Shown: positions 45,886 through 55,403, counted from the first letter of the stretch. The stretch: DNA of 64,000 nucleotides from an uncultured Candidatus Poseidoniales archaeon (GCA_902511005.1 CABXDN010000006.1:7846-71845), one strand, 5' to 3'. Program-made: numbers and translations. The notes: a model not told the origin generated them from the sequence alone.

Positions 45886-46851
45886 TCATATTGTGTAAAG
45901 AAATATCATGTAAAAAAGGTAACCAGCAACCATAGTTGCCCCTATTTTTTTTCCAATTCTTCTTTCACCAAGTAACATTGCAGCAATAAGTCCAGATGTA
46001 ATTAAAACAATCCAAATATCTCTTCCTGCAAATTCATTTGAGATTACTATTCCTCCTGCATAAGCAGAAGAAACTCCTAAAATTCCTAATATGTTGATGA
46101 CATTTGATCCTAGCACATTACCTATTGCGACTCCTTCATGTCCTCTCAAGGCAGCAATTATCGTCACTGCTAACTCTGGTAATGACGTCCCTAAGGCAAT
46201 TACGCTTAATCCGACTATAGTTTCGGATATCCCCATTGAATCCGCTATGCCAGTTGCTCCTTCAATCAAGAATTCCGCGCCTAAGAATATCATAATCCCT
46301 CCACTGATTGTAATTACAATTGCTAATATCATGTTTTCACCAATCCAAGTTTCGTCAATTTCCTCTTCTAATCCTAATTTCTTAGAATAATTATAAGAAT
46401 AAATGTAATAAAATATTAGCAATAGTAGCATTAGAGTTCCAGTTAATCCACTTATCTCTTCTTGTATTACTGTAATTAGAAGTATTACAGAAGCAACCAT
46501 TACTGCGATTGCATCTTTTTTGATCCCTAATCCGGGCTCATCACAAGCGCCTAGCATTGCAGCAGTCCCTAGTACAAGCATTATGTTAGCAACGTTTGAG
46601 CCTAAAACGCCACCTACTGCTAAGTTTACGAGTTCTTCGCTGTTACTACTAACTGCTTTGATTGTGACAGCTAATTCTGGTAGCGAAGTCCCAACTGCTA
46701 CTATGGTAAAACCAATTAGTAAAGGAGATACGTTGATTTTTCTAGCCAGAGTAATAGCTCCCTGGACTACGCTTTCTCCACCCGATATAAGAAGAATAAA
46801 TCCCAATAATACAAGTATTAAGTCAGGTAAATCTAACATGAAATCAAACAT
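45886..46851 (-). CDS. CaCA-family Na+/Ca2+ exchanger (YrbG-like)
   Basis: Two alpha-repeat motifs (GTSLPELAVT twice) in a 10-TM protein. Confidence 0.85.
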   Translation of the reverse strand: MFDFMLDLPDLILVLLGFILLISGGESVVQGAITLARKINVSPLLIGFTIVAVGTSLPELAVTIKAVSSNSEELVNLAVGGVLGSNVANIMLVLGTAAMLGACDEPGLGIKKDAIAVMVASVILLITVIQEEISGLTGTLMLLLLIFYYIYSYNYSKKLGLEEEIDETWIGENMILAIVITISGGIMIFLGAEFLIEGATGIADSMGISETIVGLSVIALGTSLPELAVTIIAALRGHEGVAIGNVLGSNVINILGILGVSSAYAGGIVISNEFAGRDIWIVLITSGLIAAMLLGERRIGKKIGATMVAGYLFYMIFLYTI

Positions 46852-46872
46852 TTAATATCTCCTTTTTCTAAT

Positions 46873-49752
46873 TTATTTGCACATTCTTCTTACGTGCCTT
46901 GCTACAAGTTCTACGGTTGGTATTGTATAGTCTTCTAGTGTTGGCGAGAACGGAACAGGCGTATCTAGTGCTCCTATGACTATAGGTGGAGATTCCATAT
47001 CCCAAAAAGTTTCTTCCATTACTCTACTGCTTACGGTATGCCCCAGACCTCCAGTGTATTGAGACTCTTGAAGCACAATCATTTTCTTTGTTCTCAAAAC
47101 TGATTCGATGCAAGTTGAGCTATCAAATGGTAGTATTGTTCTCAAATCAACAATTTCAATTTCAATATTTTCTCTACTCAAAATCTCAGCAGTCTTTAGG
47201 GCAATATGTGTCATGGCACCCCAAGTCAGAATCGTTAAATCACTACCTCCTCTGATAATTTTAGCTTTACCTATCGAAGTCTCACCATTCTCTAATCTCT
47301 TCTTCACTGATTCAGTGTCGATTACTTGATTAATTGATTCACCCCACCCTGTTTTTCCTCCTCCGAGGCCGTATAAACCCAAATGTTCAAGGAAAACTAC
47401 AGGGTCATTCATTTCATGAGACTCAATTAATAAATCATATGCATCTTGTGGATTACTTGGGAAAACTATAGTCAAACCAGGATCGTTCATGAACCATGAT
47501 TCAATCATATTTGCATGAAATGGTCCACTTCTAATTTTGGCGCCTAGAGGGATTCTTACTGTTAAAGGAACTTCTGCTCCCCACCGCCATCGTAATTGTG
47601 CAGCATTATTTACTAGGGCATTCATCGCTAATGCCGCGAATCCTCCGAATTGAATCTCTGCAACTGGTCTCATGCCTCCTAGAGCCGCGCCTGTGGCTGA
47701 ATGAATAATTATTGATTCTGACAGCGGCATATCGAGTAACTTATCTGAATGCCCTTTAGCTTTAAGTGGTATATTCATACCAAATGCTCCAGCAACTTCC
47801 ATGTCTTCTCCCATGAAAACTATCTGATTGCCATATTTTTCAGCTAAAACTACCATTGCATTCTGGATAGCTCTACTATATGTGGATGAGTTGGGTGCAT
47901 TGGAAAATTCTATTGACAATTCACCATCTTTTAGTGGCCCTAGTACCATGCTCTTATCGTCTTTCTCAAAACGATCATATTGTTGAGAGTGCGAATCTGC
48001 ATTATGCTTAGATGTTACACCTTGTGTTACGGTATTTCCTTCTGGCCAAGGCATCATTTCCATTTCTTTTCTTGCGTCATCGACATAGTACTGTTCTTCC
48101 TTTTCCATCGCAGCTAATTGTTTCTCATTAGCACCTAGTGAGATGCAAAATTCTCTATGTGTTGGCAAAGGGTCTTTTTCTGCCCAATATGTCAATAAAT
48201 CTCTTCCTACGTAACCTGGAGGGTTACCTGTCACTGACCCGAGATACAGGTCATCATGATGGTGTGCATGTCCACAACCTCTCATTGTTTCTACATGTAT
48301 TAATGTGGCGCCTCCTCCGTCGAGTGCATACTCCCTAGCTGTTGCAGTCGAAGCATGAAATTGCAGAGGGTCGGACCCATCAATAGACCATGAAGGAATT
48401 CCCATAGCATAGCCTTTGTCTCCAAAGGTTTCGGCTCCTGATTGTCCTACGGTAAATGTGTCTAAAGCTATTTGATTATTTTGAATCATGAATGCTATAG
48501 GTAAACCTCTTGCCCCTGCTAAATTCATTGCTTCCCAAAATTCTCCATTACTGCTGGTTCCCTCACCGACGGGGGCCAAATGAAATCGATTAATGTCTAG
48601 TAAATTAGCTGCTAAAGCAACTCCAGTGGCAGTCGCACTAGCTATTGGGAGAGGTGCAGTGGGGGGAAGAACTCCTTTCTCCCAATTTCCGATGTGTAAA
48701 TCCCGCCCACCTGAATCTAAATTGCCACCATCCATATATGATCCTGATTTACCCATCTGGGCTGCAAATATTTCCAGTGGGGTTTGACCAACTGCAAGTG
48801 CTAACCCTACGTCCCTAATCATCGGGGCGATTATATCTGCACGAAATTTTTCTTCGATAGGTAAGTCGATAGCTCTTGTTAAGGACGTTGCACACCCCAC
48901 GATTCCTTCTTGCCATGTAGATCTGAATCCTTTACCTCCAAACGTCCCTCCATCTGGAGTACTTATTCCATTAGTAAAAAGATCCTTTAAATGCTCGTCA
49001 ATAGCTCTAGTTCTTGTCATCCATCGTTGCCATTCTAAATGCGTGTCTAAGTCAACGCTGGATAAATGTGCGATTCTTCTAAGGCATAGTGACAAATCTC
49101 TCAAAAATCGTATATTTCTTCTGCCCAAGTATAATTCGGATTTCCTCCGAGGGATGATTTCATCATCACCTATTATTGCTAAATCCGTCGTCCATAGCCT
49201 TTCTTTAAGTGAATTAGATATTTTATCGCAAAACATTATGCTGAATTTATGAAATGTGTCTCCATTGAATTCAGAATGGGGCTCCATATTCTTCCACTCT
49301 TTCGATATAAATTCTAAGTATCCGTCATGTCTTTCAGCAACAAAACGTAATACTTCTTTACGTGCTTGAATTTCATTCAATTTTTTTGTAAAGACTAATG
49401 GTCCCTTTGGTTCCCATTTGGCTCCCCATATGGGTGGTAACTCCTCTTGACTAGATTTTTCTTTTGTGAACGGGTTAATAATGGAGGTATTTATATCTGT
49501 AGAATCATTTCTATTCCTTCTTTCCGCTTCTTCTTTGACCTCTTCGAAACTTATCGATAAATCTCTTTCCCATATCTGAAAATTTCTTTTCCGACCTTTC
49601 CCCGTATCTGAACGATCTAGTGTAACTCTCGCTCTTTTATTGCAATGACTGCATTTTCTATCTATTTGTTTTGTATCTACGTCTCTGGTTTTCCAAACTT
49701 CGTGATTATTACATTCTGGGCACAGCCAAATCCCTTGCCGTGCTATAGCCAT
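46873..49752 (-). CDS. fused 2-oxoacid dehydrogenase E1 alpha+beta with N-terminal zinc-ribbon extension
   Basis: N-terminus CPEC-x24-CSHC. E1-alpha ThDP motif APVGEGTSSNGEFWEAMNLA..FMIQNNQIA. E1-beta block FMGEDMEVAGAFG..PLSESIIIHSATGAALGGMRPVAEIQFGGF. 959 aa in one ORF. Confidence 0.8.
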   Translation of the reverse strand: MAIARQGIWLCPECNNHEVWKTRDVDTKQIDRKCSHCNKRARVTLDRSDTGKGRKRNFQIWERDLSISFEEVKEEAERRNRNDSTDINTSIINPFTKEKSSQEELPPIWGAKWEPKGPLVFTKKLNEIQARKEVLRFVAERHDGYLEFISKEWKNMEPHSEFNGDTFHKFSIMFCDKISNSLKERLWTTDLAIIGDDEIIPRRKSELYLGRRNIRFLRDLSLCLRRIAHLSSVDLDTHLEWQRWMTRTRAIDEHLKDLFTNGISTPDGGTFGGKGFRSTWQEGIVGCATSLTRAIDLPIEEKFRADIIAPMIRDVGLALAVGQTPLEIFAAQMGKSGSYMDGGNLDSGGRDLHIGNWEKGVLPPTAPLPIASATATGVALAANLLDINRFHLAPVGEGTSSNGEFWEAMNLAGARGLPIAFMIQNNQIALDTFTVGQSGAETFGDKGYAMGIPSWSIDGSDPLQFHASTATAREYALDGGGATLIHVETMRGCGHAHHHDDLYLGSVTGNPPGYVGRDLLTYWAEKDPLPTHREFCISLGANEKQLAAMEKEEQYYVDDARKEMEMMPWPEGNTVTQGVTSKHNADSHSQQYDRFEKDDKSMVLGPLKDGELSIEFSNAPNSSTYSRAIQNAMVVLAEKYGNQIVFMGEDMEVAGAFGMNIPLKAKGHSDKLLDMPLSESIIIHSATGAALGGMRPVAEIQFGGFAALAMNALVNNAAQLRWRWGAEVPLTVRIPLGAKIRSGPFHANMIESWFMNDPGLTIVFPSNPQDAYDLLIESHEMNDPVVFLEHLGLYGLGGGKTGWGESINQVIDTESVKKRLENGETSIGKAKIIRGGSDLTILTWGAMTHIALKTAEILSRENIEIEIVDLRTILPFDSSTCIESVLRTKKMIVLQESQYTGGLGHTVSSRVMEETFWDMESPPIVIGALDTPVPFSPTLEDYTIPTVELVARHVRRMCK

Positions 49753-49804
49753 ATGCGCTCCGAATCCATCTAAGTACTACAAGTAATCGCTTCCCATGAT
49801 ACAA

Positions 49805-49970
49805 ATGTGGTATTTTCTATCTAATTATGGTATTTCGGGATTAAAAAAAATCTTTACAAACAGTTTTTACCTTAATTATAAAGTAGACTGCTAATATTTA
49901 TACCTGAATTAAATTAAAATACCACATATTATCGTTTCAATCAGAGAATATCACTTAAATACCATAATTA
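49805..49970. repeat. four copies of TGGTATTT/AAATACCA arranged as two interleaved inverted-repeat pairs
   Basis: ATGTGGTATTTT (49805..49816) pairs with AAAATACCACAT (49916..49927). TAATTATGGTATTT (49822..49835) pairs with AAATACCATAATTA (49957..49970). Both pairs are perfect. Confidence 0.8.
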
Positions 49971-50017
49971 AAAAGTGCACTGCGAAAATTTAAACCACAA
50001 TTAACGAATAAATAAGA

Positions 50018-51220
50018 TTAATACTTAGGTATACTTGAATCTACTGTTTTTGACCATAAGTGAATGCCGCCAGAAAGATTGTATAGATTGTTGGAATATT
50101 TCCCCGACATTCTAAGGAACTTAACTACCATTGCTGACCTCATGCCACTTCTACAGTAAACTACAATATCTCTATCTGTTGGTATTTCTCCAATTCTAGA
50201 AGGTATTTCTGTATGCGTGATTCGGAGATTAGTATTTGGAAGAGTTACTATTTTCTCCTCTGCTTCACCTCTTACATCTAAGAAAAATGGATCCCAGCCC
50301 TGTTTCAGTTTTTCTACATAATCTGAAGGTTGAATTTCTCCCATGTATTCTTCGATTTGTGAGGAATCTAATGATTGTTGCTCATCCTGACTCACCGAAC
50401 AAGATATCGCTTCCTCAGAAAGCTGAGTTATTCTTTTTCTTTTTTTATCAGCACTATAACTAAGTTTTCTAATATTCATTGTTAGTGCATCTATTAATAA
50501 TAATTCATGATCTAGCGTATCTCCTATACCTAATGCGATTTTCAGTACTTCATTCGCTTGGAATGAACCCACAATTCCCGGCAGCACTCCTAGTACCCCC
50601 GCCTCAGCACAATTGGGTGCTAATTCAGGGGGAGGTGCCTTTGGAAATAAGTCTCTATAATTCGGACTTCCTTCCAAATTAAACACAGAAACCTGTCCTT
50701 CGAATCTATGTATGCTTCCAAAAACCCAAGGTTTCCCTAATATTTCACAACAGTCATTTATTGTGTATCTCGTTACGAAATTATCCGTCCCATCAACAAT
50801 AATATCGTAATTTTTGATTATATTCTCGATATTTTTAATATCTAACCTATAGTTGAAAACTTCAACTTTGACACTGGGGTTTATTTGATTAATTCTATTC
50901 TTAGCGGAATTAACTTTTAATTCTCCAACGGATGATGTCGAATGGATTACTTGTCGTTGCAAATTTGTAATATCGACAAAGTCATCATCAACTATTCCTA
51001 TTCTACCAATTCCTGCTGCTGCTAAATACATCAGTACAGGAGAACCTAAACCACCGGCTCCAACAACTAAAACAGAGGTAGAATTTATTTTCTCTTGTCC
51101 ACTTTCACCTACTTGTGGTAGCATTAGGTGCCTAGCATATCTCGCTTTCTGTTCTGACGTTAGACTTCCATCAGTAATCTGATTCGAAGTAGTATTTTTG
51201 TCTTGCATCTTTACCCTCAA
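50018..51220 (-). CDS. MoeB/ThiF-type E1-like adenylyltransferase fused to a C-terminal rhodanese domain
   Basis: VVGAGGLGSP nucleotide loop and DDDFVDITNLQRQ. C-terminal rhodanese active-site loop CRSGMRS. Confidence 0.82.
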   Translation of the reverse strand: MRVKMQDKNTTSNQITDGSLTSEQKARYARHLMLPQVGESGQEKINSTSVLVVGAGGLGSPVLMYLAAAGIGRIGIVDDDFVDITNLQRQVIHSTSSVGELKVNSAKNRINQINPSVKVEVFNYRLDIKNIENIIKNYDIIVDGTDNFVTRYTINDCCEILGKPWVFGSIHRFEGQVSVFNLEGSPNYRDLFPKAPPPELAPNCAEAGVLGVLPGIVGSFQANEVLKIALGIGDTLDHELLLIDALTMNIRKLSYSADKKRKRITQLSEEAISCSVSQDEQQSLDSSQIEEYMGEIQPSDYVEKLKQGWDPFFLDVRGEAEEKIVTLPNTNLRITHTEIPSRIGEIPTDRDIVVYCRSGMRSAMVVKFLRMSGKYSNNLYNLSGGIHLWSKTVDSSIPKY

Positions 51221-52146
51221 TGCTGATCTTCAAGCCATTTTTCTGTATCTATTGCTGCCTGACATCCCATACCTGCAGCAGTAATTGCTTGTCGATACCT
51301 TGTGTCGACAACATCTCCTGCGGCAAATACTCCAGGCACGCTTGTCATAGTATGCGTTTTCGCCAAAATATAACCCGATCCATCAGTTTCAACTTGCTCC
51401 TCTAAGAAATCAGTAATCGGTTTATGTCCTATAGCTATGAATGCTCCCGTGCATGAGATTTGTTCGATACTTCCATCTCTTGGGTCTTCAAGAATAGCGC
51501 CACTTAGTCCGGCATCATCGGAAAGCCAACTTTTTACAGATCTAAATGGTCTAATCTCAATTTTTGGATTGTTCAATGCTCTTTCATACATTACTTTAGA
51601 TGCTCTAAAAACATCCCTTCTATGCAATAAGGTGACTTTACTAGCAAATCTAGTCAAAAATGTTGCTTCTTCCATAGCGGAATCTCCTCCTCCTATTACC
51701 AATACTTCTTCTTCTCTGAAAAATGCTCCATCACATGTTGCGCATGTACTGATTCCTCTTCCTTTCTGCTCTTCTTCCCCCTCTGCTCCTAGCCATATAG
51801 ATTCAGCCCCAGTGCAAATAATAACAGATTTCGTCAAAAATAGTTCTCCTTCTACCCAAATTTTGAATGGTTGTTCTGAGAAGTCTACTTTCTCTACATT
51901 TTTATCTTGAACTTCTAGTCCAAACTTTTCAGCCTGTTCTCTCAAATGAATCATCATCTCGGGGCCACCTATTCCATCAGGGTATCCTGGGAAATTTTCT
52001 ATGTCTGAAGTTAGCATTAATTGGCCTCCTGACATATATCCTGCAAACATCAATGGCTCTAACAGAGCCCTAGCAGAGTATAGACCAGCAGTATAACCCG
52101 CAGGTCCGGAGCCTATGATTATCACATTGCGCACTTCATCGGTCAT
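51217..52146 (-). CDS. trxB: thioredoxin reductase
   Basis: GSGPAGYTAG, redox-active CATCDG and GGGDSAMEEA. Confidence 0.9.
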   Translation of the reverse strand: MTDEVRNVIIIGSGPAGYTAGLYSARALLEPLMFAGYMSGGQLMLTSDIENFPGYPDGIGGPEMMIHLREQAEKFGLEVQDKNVEKVDFSEQPFKIWVEGELFLTKSVIICTGAESIWLGAEGEEEQKGRGISTCATCDGAFFREEEVLVIGGGDSAMEEATFLTRFASKVTLLHRRDVFRASKVMYERALNNPKIEIRPFRSVKSWLSDDAGLSGAILEDPRDGSIEQISCTGAFIAIGHKPITDFLEEQVETDGSGYILAKTHTMTSVPGVFAAGDVVDTRYRQAITAAGMGCQAAIDTEKWLEDQH

Positions 52147-52239
52147 AGTTCTCGGAATGATAGGAATGCTTTGAACATTAACTTCAAAACAACACTATTG
52201 AGTGCTTATCTTTCAAATATAATCATGAATTCTAATAGG

Positions 52240-52635
52240 TTACTCAAACATTGTAATTACTGCCTCAACCGCGGCTCTAGCATGGGGTTCCAATCTTGGC
52301 TCTATATGGTGATATTCCGCACCTGGGCCAATAATCCCTAATCCGATTGGCTTGTTATGCTTTATTTGTAGATCAATAATTGCTCTAGTGACTGCTTGCC
52401 CCATAACCAAACCATGCTGTGTTTCTCCGAGTTCAATAATCCCCAGAGTAATCGCAGCATCTATATCCTTTCTTTTCAGAAGACGTTCTAGAGCTAAAGG
52501 CATCTCCATTGACCCTGGAACCCATACTATCTCGGAGATCTCACAATTTCTAGAATCTGCTTGATTTTCTGCATATTTCAACATTTTTTGTATTTCTTTT
52601 TTATGGAATGAACCACAAATCGCTGCAATTTTCAT
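52240..52635 (-). CDS. ribH: 6,7-dimethyl-8-ribityllumazine synthase
   Basis: VPGSMEMPLA..IDAAITLGIIELGETQHG..IGLGIIGPG parallels archaeal lumazine synthase (VPGVFDMPLA..GCVIEGETEH..LGISGPG). Confidence 0.8.
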   Translation of the reverse strand: MKIAAICGSFHKKEIQKMLKYAENQADSRNCEISEIVWVPGSMEMPLALERLLKRKDIDAAITLGIIELGETQHGLVMGQAVTRAIIDLQIKHNKPIGLGIIGPGAEYHHIEPRLEPHARAAVEAVITMFE

Positions 52636-53237
52636 TTCTTCACTTCCATACTTCTTCGAATTGTATCAACTACCGCTTGTGTTCTAGAATCGATTTCTAT
52701 ATTCACGTAATCACCTACTTTCTTATCGCTAATTGTTGTAATTCTCAATGTTTCAGGGATAATGTGTAGTGAGAAATTCTCCTCAGTTACTTTACCGATG
52801 GTCAAAGACATACCATCTATTGAGATAAAACCCTTCTCAAGTATATATGGACTTGCTTCAGATGGGTTTTCAATCAGAAAATTAGTACCTTCTCCTCGTT
52901 CTTCTCTAGAAATAATTCTTGCAGTCATCCATACATGTCCAGAAATCATATGCCCTCCTAGTTCATCACCCATTTTCAGAGATCTCTCTATATTAACCAA
53001 TGAACCTACCTTTAGATTTTCCAGAGTTGTACGACTCAGAGTCTCTTCAATAGCGTCAAACCTAACAAGATTATCTTCTATTGAAACAACAGTCATACAT
53101 ACTCCATCTAGAGCTACACTTGCTCCAATTTGTAAGTCTTCTAAAAATCCATTTAAATCAATAGTGAAACTACGTATGATTTCACCATCTTTAATCTCTA
53201 CAACGGGTGCAGTCCCTGCAACAATACCTGTATACAT
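52632..53237 (-). CDS. ribE: riboflavin synthase, eubacterial/eukaryotic alpha-chain type
   Basis: MYTGIVAG start, two lumazine-binding repeats (GASVALDGVCMTV and ISIDGMSLTI). The start is moved to M9, removing the overlap with ribL. Confidence 0.85.
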   Translation of the reverse strand: MYTGIVAGTAPVVEIKDGEIIRSFTIDLNGFLEDLQIGASVALDGVCMTVVSIEDNLVRFDAIEETLSRTTLENLKVGSLVNIERSLKMGDELGGHMISGHVWMTARIISREERGEGTNFLIENPSEASPYILEKGFISIDGMSLTIGKVTEENFSLHIIPETLRITTISDKKVGDYVNIEIDSRTQAVVDTIRRSMEVKK

Positions 53238-53238
53238 G

Positions 53239-53718
53239 TCAATCTTCCTCGTAAGGTCCACCAGTTTCGCCTGACCATAAACTTAGTATCCTAGCAATTA
53301 TTTTTCGGGTACCATCTAAATCATCAGCGAGTCCTTCTACTCTAATTACTTCTACTTGGCTCCATCCATTATTATCTAGTCCACTTTTTATTGAATCACG
53401 AGAATGTTTTTGATCATAACCAAGGGCAATGATATCTGGTTTTACAGTATTTAGAATATCAAATATTGGTTCGCTAGGTGGGTTTCCGACTATTGCCCTA
53501 TCGACCGGCTTTAATCCTTCAACCATCCTTCTCCGCAGTTCTTGATTTGTTACTGGTTCATGTTTTTGTTTACGCACGGTATCGTCATGAGCGACAACAA
53601 CAATTAATTCATCTCCTAGTGATTTTGCCTGTTCGACATAGTGTAGATGCCCTGCATGAAGTAAATCAAAAACACCTACAGCCATTACACGAACCATTTT
53701 CTTCCCTCCTGATGACAT
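53239..53718 (-). CDS. ribL: archaeal CTP-dependent FAD synthetase
   Basis: VGVFDLLHAGHLHYVEQAKSLGDELIVVVAHDDTV..RRRMVEGLKPVDRAIVG..KPDIIALGYDQ closely follows the RibL pattern (cytidylyltransferase HxGH). Confidence 0.85.
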   Translation of the reverse strand: MSSGGKKMVRVMAVGVFDLLHAGHLHYVEQAKSLGDELIVVVAHDDTVRKQKHEPVTNQELRRRMVEGLKPVDRAIVGNPPSEPIFDILNTVKPDIIALGYDQKHSRDSIKSGLDNNGWSQVEVIRVEGLADDLDGTRKIIARILSLWSGETGGPYEED

Positions 53719-53736
53719 ATAGTAAATCTTTTTCCT

Positions 53737-54450
53737 TTATTTATGCATGTTTAAAGCATTGATTAAATCGTCCCCGGTAATCATAGGAATATCATATTTA
53801 GCGGCGTAAATTCTTGCGTCTTCGACAGAAAGTGCGCCATCTCCATCTGGTTGAAGCATTTCAGCACCAATTGTTGCAGGGACTTGCCCAGCAAGCCTAG
53901 CAATAGCTACTGCTAACTCAGTATGTCCTTGTCTTGCTGAGAGACCGCCGGGTGATTCTCTACAAACAGGAATGTGACCCGGTGTTCTAAATTCAAGGCC
54001 TAATCTCTTGTATGCCTCTTCTCCAGTGACGGATTTATCCATTAATTCACCTGATAGTTCCCCAAATCTTTTGGTTGTTAGAGAACGATCTCTATCCGTA
54101 ATTCCAGTATATGTATCTCGATGATTTATAGATAAAGTAAATGCAGATCTTGTATCGTATTGTAAGTCATTTGTAATTAAATGTGAGAGTACAGGATTAT
54201 CATCTACTAATCCCTTATGAGTATGTAAATCTTGTAGCCATGGTAAATCAAACATTTGACCAATTTCATCTCCTATCGCTAAGAATAGTAAACCACCGCA
54301 ATCAGTTCTTAATCTCCTCATTACTTCAGGAGTTGCTGCTGTGGCTGGCCACAATAAATCAGTTTCTTTTTCACGAAAATCCGAGTCAAACACCATTACC
54401 GGTTTGCCTTTTGAAAACGCCAATATTGCATCGTCAACTGTGTCAGCCAT
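53737..54450 (-). CDS. ribB: 3,4-dihydroxy-2-butanone 4-phosphate synthase
   Basis: VFDSDFREKETDL, SAFTLSINHRDTYTGITDRDR, FRTPGHIP and RQGHTELAVAIARLAG. Confidence 0.9.
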   Translation of the reverse strand: MADTVDDAILAFSKGKPVMVFDSDFREKETDLLWPATAATPEVMRRLRTDCGGLLFLAIGDEIGQMFDLPWLQDLHTHKGLVDDNPVLSHLITNDLQYDTRSAFTLSINHRDTYTGITDRDRSLTTKRFGELSGELMDKSVTGEEAYKRLGLEFRTPGHIPVCRESPGGLSARQGHTELAVAIARLAGQVPATIGAEMLQPDGDGALSVEDARIYAAKYDIPMITGDDLINALNMHK

Positions 54451-54542
54451 ATGTCTCGGAGAAGGTACTCATATGGGTTGTTTTCGGTCAAACGGTTAGG
54501 CTATGGCGGAGGGTTCTCATGTGATTAAGCCTCGGCTCACCC

Positions 54543-55403
54543 ATGGTTGCACATACTGAAGTCAAAGTTCCCGTCCGTGTAGATTTAGCAGGAGGATGGA
54601 CAGATGTTAATCCATATTGTACTGATTTTGGTGGTGAAGTAGTCAATTTTACTATCAATAAGTATGTTACTGCTAAGTTCGAAGAATCGGGAGAGATAGC
54701 ATATGAATTTGATATTCCTATAAATTCAGGATTGGGAGCTAGTGGTTCACTTAATGTTGCTCGTATTACACTATTAGATGGAAATGATTCTCTTTCTCCT
54801 GATGAGGTAGCTGAGGCTGCTTATCAAGCAGAAGTATCTTCAGGTAATAGGTGTGGAAGACAAGACCAATGGGCAGCGACATATGGTGGTTTCAATCGTT
54901 TTATGTTCCATGGAGAAAATGTTGAGATAACTCCATTTCAACCTGCTCGTTCTGCAATAAAATGGATTAAAAAACATATGATAATAGCTCATACAGGAAT
55001 ATCTCGTAAATCGGGAGATTTGCAGGAGAATATTTGGGCAAGATATGAATCTGGAGATAAAGAGGTCATTGAAGGTCTACACAAAATTCGTCATGCAACT
55101 CGCAAGATAGTAGATGCTTTACAGAGAGATCAACGTCAATTATTTGTTGAATCATTTAATGAAATTTCTAATGGGATAGATTTGATTGATTCCGCAATAA
55201 ACGCCCCATTTAACTCAGTAATAGACCCTTTAAGAGAAAATGGCAGTATAATGGCGTGGAAAGCTTTGGGTGCAGGTGCGGGGGGTTGTGCAGCAGTTTT
55301 TTGCCATCCAATGTCAATTAAAGACGTTCGAAAAAAACTAACTGAATCTGGTTGGCAATTAATAGATTGGGATTATGATACTACTGGTATTCAGAGAAAA
55401 TAA
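54543..55403 (+). CDS. GHMP-family sugar kinase (COG2605-like)
   Basis: VRVDLAGGWTDV N-terminal motif and GHMP motif INSGLGASGSLNVA. Substrate unknown. Confidence 0.7.
   Translation: MVAHTEVKVPVRVDLAGGWTDVNPYCTDFGGEVVNFTINKYVTAKFEESGEIAYEFDIPINSGLGASGSLNVARITLLDGNDSLSPDEVAEAAYQAEVSSGNRCGRQDQWAATYGGFNRFMFHGENVEITPFQPARSAIKWIKKHMIIAHTGISRKSGDLQENIWARYESGDKEVIEGLHKIRHATRKIVDALQRDQRQLFVESFNEISNGIDLIDSAINAPFNSVIDPLRENGSIMAWKALGAGAGGCAAVFCHPMSIKDVRKKLTESGWQLIDWDYDTTGIQRK

Noticed and set aside
51437-51910. 157-aa ORF on the + strand
   Set aside because: It is antisense to trxB. A shadow ORF.
52762-53274. 170-aa ORF on the + strand
   Set aside because: It is antisense to ribE, which has clear family motifs. 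The product is Ser/Ile-rich and featureless.
54451-54542. Possible FMN riboswitch upstream of ribB
   Set aside because: I read both strands and found none of the conserved RFN-element blocks. The spacer is only 92 nt and is shared with a divergent gene.
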